Positions 60,787 to 64,000 of a stretch of 64,000 nt of DNA are shown here, piece by piece. The notes under the pieces are model-generated. The model was given only the letters and a program-made list of their open reading frames with translations. It was not told the origin of the DNA and did not search any database. Source of the stretch: Macrostomum hystrix (taxonomy: Eukaryota; Animalia; Platyhelminthes); the NCBI GenBank assembly GCA_950097015.1, contig CATNEN010000011.1, forward strand, positions 6,076,001-6,140,000, given 5' to 3'. The position numbers were made by a program, and so were the translations under genes. Each line of letters starts with the position of its first letter. The first letter of the stretch is position 1.

Positions 60787-61658
60787 CTGTTCCTCCTCGA
60801 TGATCTTAGTCTCAGTCTCAACAATCCACTGCGACAGGTCGTTGGCTTCCCGCACCAGTTTGTAGGCATTGTTTGACTGGTTGAGTCGTTCGCTACGATC
60901 CTTGCCAACTTTGAGCAGTCTCTCGTATTGCTCATCGATCTGTTTCTGACGCGAGGCCACGGTGTTCTGCTCGATGAGGTGAGCCTGGCTGTCGCTAAGC
61001 GGGGCGTCAATCTTCTTGACGCACTGGACTGGCACGTAGCCTTGACCGTCGTTCTTCTCAACCTTCCAGAACTGGCTGTGATTGGTGCTAATGAGAGTGA
61101 GAATCTCATTCTTGCGGACAATGATCGGCATTGGATTGGGCACGGGGGCTTTGTAGCCGTCGTAGTCGTGAATAACGACAACTTTCTCGCGGGCGAATGT
61201 GTCAGCAACGGGAGCCTCACGCAGCTTGCAAGCGTCGGCCTGTTCTCTGAGCTGCTCAATTTGAGCACCGTAGGCTTTCACGTCTTCAATGAGAGATTCG
61301 TGCTTCTTAATCAAAGCCTCGGTTGAATCTTCGTCTTTGCCAAAGTCGATGCTAGACACAAGCGGCTCCTTCTCTTTCATCCAGATCTCGGCCTCGTTAG
61401 CGTTGGCAAAGTACTGCTGGGCCTGCATTGAGTCCTGCAGCAGCTGGGCGCGATCCTCGGCCCGCTGGCGCAGCTGCTCCCAGCGACTGCGCAGCTTGCC
61501 GATGCGATTGGCGATCTCATCCTTGGCGAAGTGGTCTTCGGCCACCATGTTCTCGCCCTCAGTGGCCACCTCGTGGATGCGCGGCTCGTGATTGTCCAGC
61601 TCAGTGATGAGCGCCTGGTGACGCTTCATCAGGCTCTGCACGCCAATCAGATCGCGGC
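60787..61658 (-). CDS. SPTAN1: Alpha-spectrin exon containing the SH3 domain
   Basis: GRDLIGVQSLMKRHQ...FGKDEDSTEALIKKHE; SH3 at about 61188-61006. Confidence 0.97.
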
Positions 61659-62353
61659 CTGCCAGACAATAGAAACAAAGTTTTTTTTCCAATACATATC
61701 GGGCGGTGGATAAATCGAGTATTTTTCGTTTTCGATACATATCGGATGACGGACAAAACATGCATTTCTGCTTTACATTATTGTTTTTTCGCAACATATC
61801 AGAAGCAAAACTTTTTTATGTTATCATGTCGCATTAGAAGCATTTTAGGATGAATTAATTCGATATTTTTTTTCGATGCATATCGTCAAATTATATATTT
61901 AATCGGAATTTCAAAAGCATGTCCTGACCCGCAAATAAGCCGCGTGCAAAATAAATTGCAATTGGTCGATTAAAAATAGTATCTTAAGACCAAACGGCCC
62001 GTGAAGGATAGTCAGGTGGTTAGAAACGTTTCAATGTAACGATGAGCTAAAAATGGCCGAGCCACTGGGTTAAATGCAACAAATTGTCCAAGATAAATTT
62101 ATCTGAGACAACTTGTTAGTTGGCTTAAATCGGTCATGGAACGTCATCGAACTTGATCATTCAGTTTTGGGTATCTTTTATAGAACTTTCACATGTTTTT
62201 TAGACATTTCAATTTATATTTTAGACCAAATTTCATGCAGATTTTATAAGTAAATCTCATGGAGATTTTATAAGCAAATCTCATGGAGATTTTATAAGCA
62301 AATCTCAGAGATTTTAAAGAAAATCTCATAGAAATGAAAAGTATTTCGCTCAC

Positions 62354-62936
62354 CCCTATTGGTGCTGGCGGCCAAAGCCTCCTTCTCCCTGATCCAGTCC
62401 TCCTCGTCTTCAATGTCCCGCAGCAGCTGGTGCAGCTTGTAGGCCGCAGCCAGACGATCCTTTCGCTTCTTCAGCGGTTCGTGCATAGCCGCGTAGCGCT
62501 GGTCGACCTCGCGCTGTCTGGCCCGAATCTTATCCGCGTCGAAATGACCGCTGGCTTCGAATTCATCGGCCTTCTTGGCGAAGTACTGCACCCGGTCCTG
62601 GTGGGCAGCAATGTCCGCCTCCAGCAGGTTGTGCTTCTTCTGCAGATTAGCCACCGCGTCCAGGTTGAGCCCGGTGTCCTCGGACATGAGCTGGCCCTCG
62701 GTCTCACTGAGCCACATCTCAAAGTCTTCAATGTTTCTGGTGAACTGCAGCTGGTCATTGGCTTGCTCCAGTTTGGTGTTCTTGTTCTCCATCTCAGCCA
62801 GGAGACGATTCCACATCGCGTCCAATTCGGCGATGCGTTCGCCAATGTTGTCGGCGTTGACGTGGCCCTTGTCTAGGAGCTCTTCGCCGAACTTCTTCAA
62901 AGCCTGCAGGCGCTTGTCGTTGGCAATAACTTCAGC
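62354..62936 (-). CDS. SPTAN1: Alpha-spectrin exon
   Basis: AEVIAN...QFTRNIEDFEMWLSETE...LQKKHNLLEADIAAHQDR. Confidence 0.97.
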
Positions 62937-63039
62937 CTGTAAGTTGAAAAGGGAATAATAAAAAATTTAGATAGAAAGAAAATTGGTTCTTGAAATAGGA
63001 TTTCCCTTAGTGATCAAATGGGATTTCCCTTGGCTTAAC

Positions 63040-63190
63040 AAATGGGATTTCCCTAAAATTATCAAATATGAATTCCCTTTGCTGATCAAATGATATTTTC
63101 TTTGATATCAAACAAAACTTCCAAAAGAAAATATCATTTGATCAGCAAAGGGAATTCATATTTGATAATTTAAGGAAAATCCCATTTGAT
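63040..63190. repeat. Intronic inverted repeat within a degenerate aaatgggatttccct array
   Basis: 48-bp perfect arms at 63056-63103 and 63124-63171, extending imperfectly outward. Confidence 0.9.
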
Positions 63191-63388
63191 CAGAATTCTG
63201 ATCAAATGGGATTTCCCGTAGCTGATAAAATAGGATTTTAGTTTGATGATCAAACGGGACTCCCTAAAAGAAAAGAATTTCCATTCGTTTATCAAAATGT
63301 GATTTCCTATTATTTAATTAACTAGGATTTACATTACCTTATAAAATGGGATTTCCCATTAACTGCATAAATTTTTGCAACGAGTTAC

Positions 63389-63954
63389 CTTGAAGTTCTG
63401 ATGCTTCTGCAGTTTGCTCTGCAGATTAGATGGATCCTTATAGTTCTCATCCGTGGCGTGCTTTAACTTCTCGGAGATCCAAGACTTCATTTCGTCGGCG
63501 TCGCGATCGAATGTCTGATAATTGCGAGACTCTTCAAGGGCAGTTTTACGCTTCTTGGCCTTCTCCAACAGGTGGTCCCACTTGGCCATCAGGTCGGTCT
63601 TGCGCTTATCGATATCATCAGCCGCGTAGTGCTTGCTGGATACCAAATTATTGGCGTGCTCCTCAACCAGGGCAATCTTCTGCTGCTGAGCAGCTAGAGA
63701 CTTCTCAAAGTCCTCCTGCTTGCTGATGAGAGCCTCCACGGTGTCCATGGAGTCGCCAACATCCTTGTTGTCTAGGAAGGCCTCCTGTTTGTTGATCCAA
63801 GACTCGAGCTGGTCAGAGTCGCGATAGAACAGCTGCAAATCCATGCACTGCTTGTACTCGAGCTCTTTAGTCTCAATGAGATCGTCCACTTCTTTCTTCT
63901 CTTTGCTAAGGTGTTCCATCTTTTCGGCCACTTCGTCTTTGGCAGCGTGTCCAC
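63389..63954 (-). CDS. SPTAN1: Alpha-spectrin exon (gene continues beyond the window end)
   Basis: DLQLFYRDSDQLESWI...DENYKDPSNLQSKLQKHQNFK. The 11 in-window exons total 5975 nt with consistent phases. Confidence 0.97.
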
Positions 63955-64000
63955 CTGGATGGTAGAGGCGAGAGACGCTATGCTGAGATTTGGGTAACAG

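Noticed and set aside
46628-62958. Plus-strand ORFs overlapping spectrin exons
   Set aside because: Antisense shadows of GC-rich codon usage with no recognisable domains.

Overview
Eukaryotic invertebrate genomic DNA: short GC-rich exons, canonical GT-AG introns, and roughly 30 minisatellite arrays that produce most of the long low-complexity ORFs in the supplied track. The overall style resembles Macrostomum-type flatworm genomes, but this is inference and I cannot verify the species. Genes I can support: a disrupted SAM-methyltransferase-like locus (-, about 2.6-4.5 kb); a divergent CLIC/EXC-4-family gene (-, about 5.9-14.7 kb) whose large intron holds a nested HMG-box-like spliced ORF, three MITEs with intact TSDs and a Helitron helicase fragment; a two-exon DUF3504 (Crypton-type tyrosine recombinase) gene lacking catalytic residues (+, 15.4-17.8 kb); a six-exon secreted LRR-Ig protein with a GPI-like tail (+, 20.2-26.5 kb); NeuroD (-, 28.4-29.3 kb) next to a gene-free stretch of about 14-17 kb; and the last 11 exons of alpha-spectrin (-, 46.4-64.0 kb, all splice phases consistent). 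Two tRNA-derived SINE families are present, one CORE/MIR-like. Most notable observations: almost every intron has its own minisatellite, usually starting close to the 5' splice site and often 20-21 bp in unit length; one SINE family carries HDV-ribozyme-like core motifs in non-canonical order (speculative); the spectrin SH3 ligand surface is degenerate; and the nested ORF is broken exactly at a U-UUU-UUA slippery heptamer. No rRNA, intact tRNA or CRISPR array was found.
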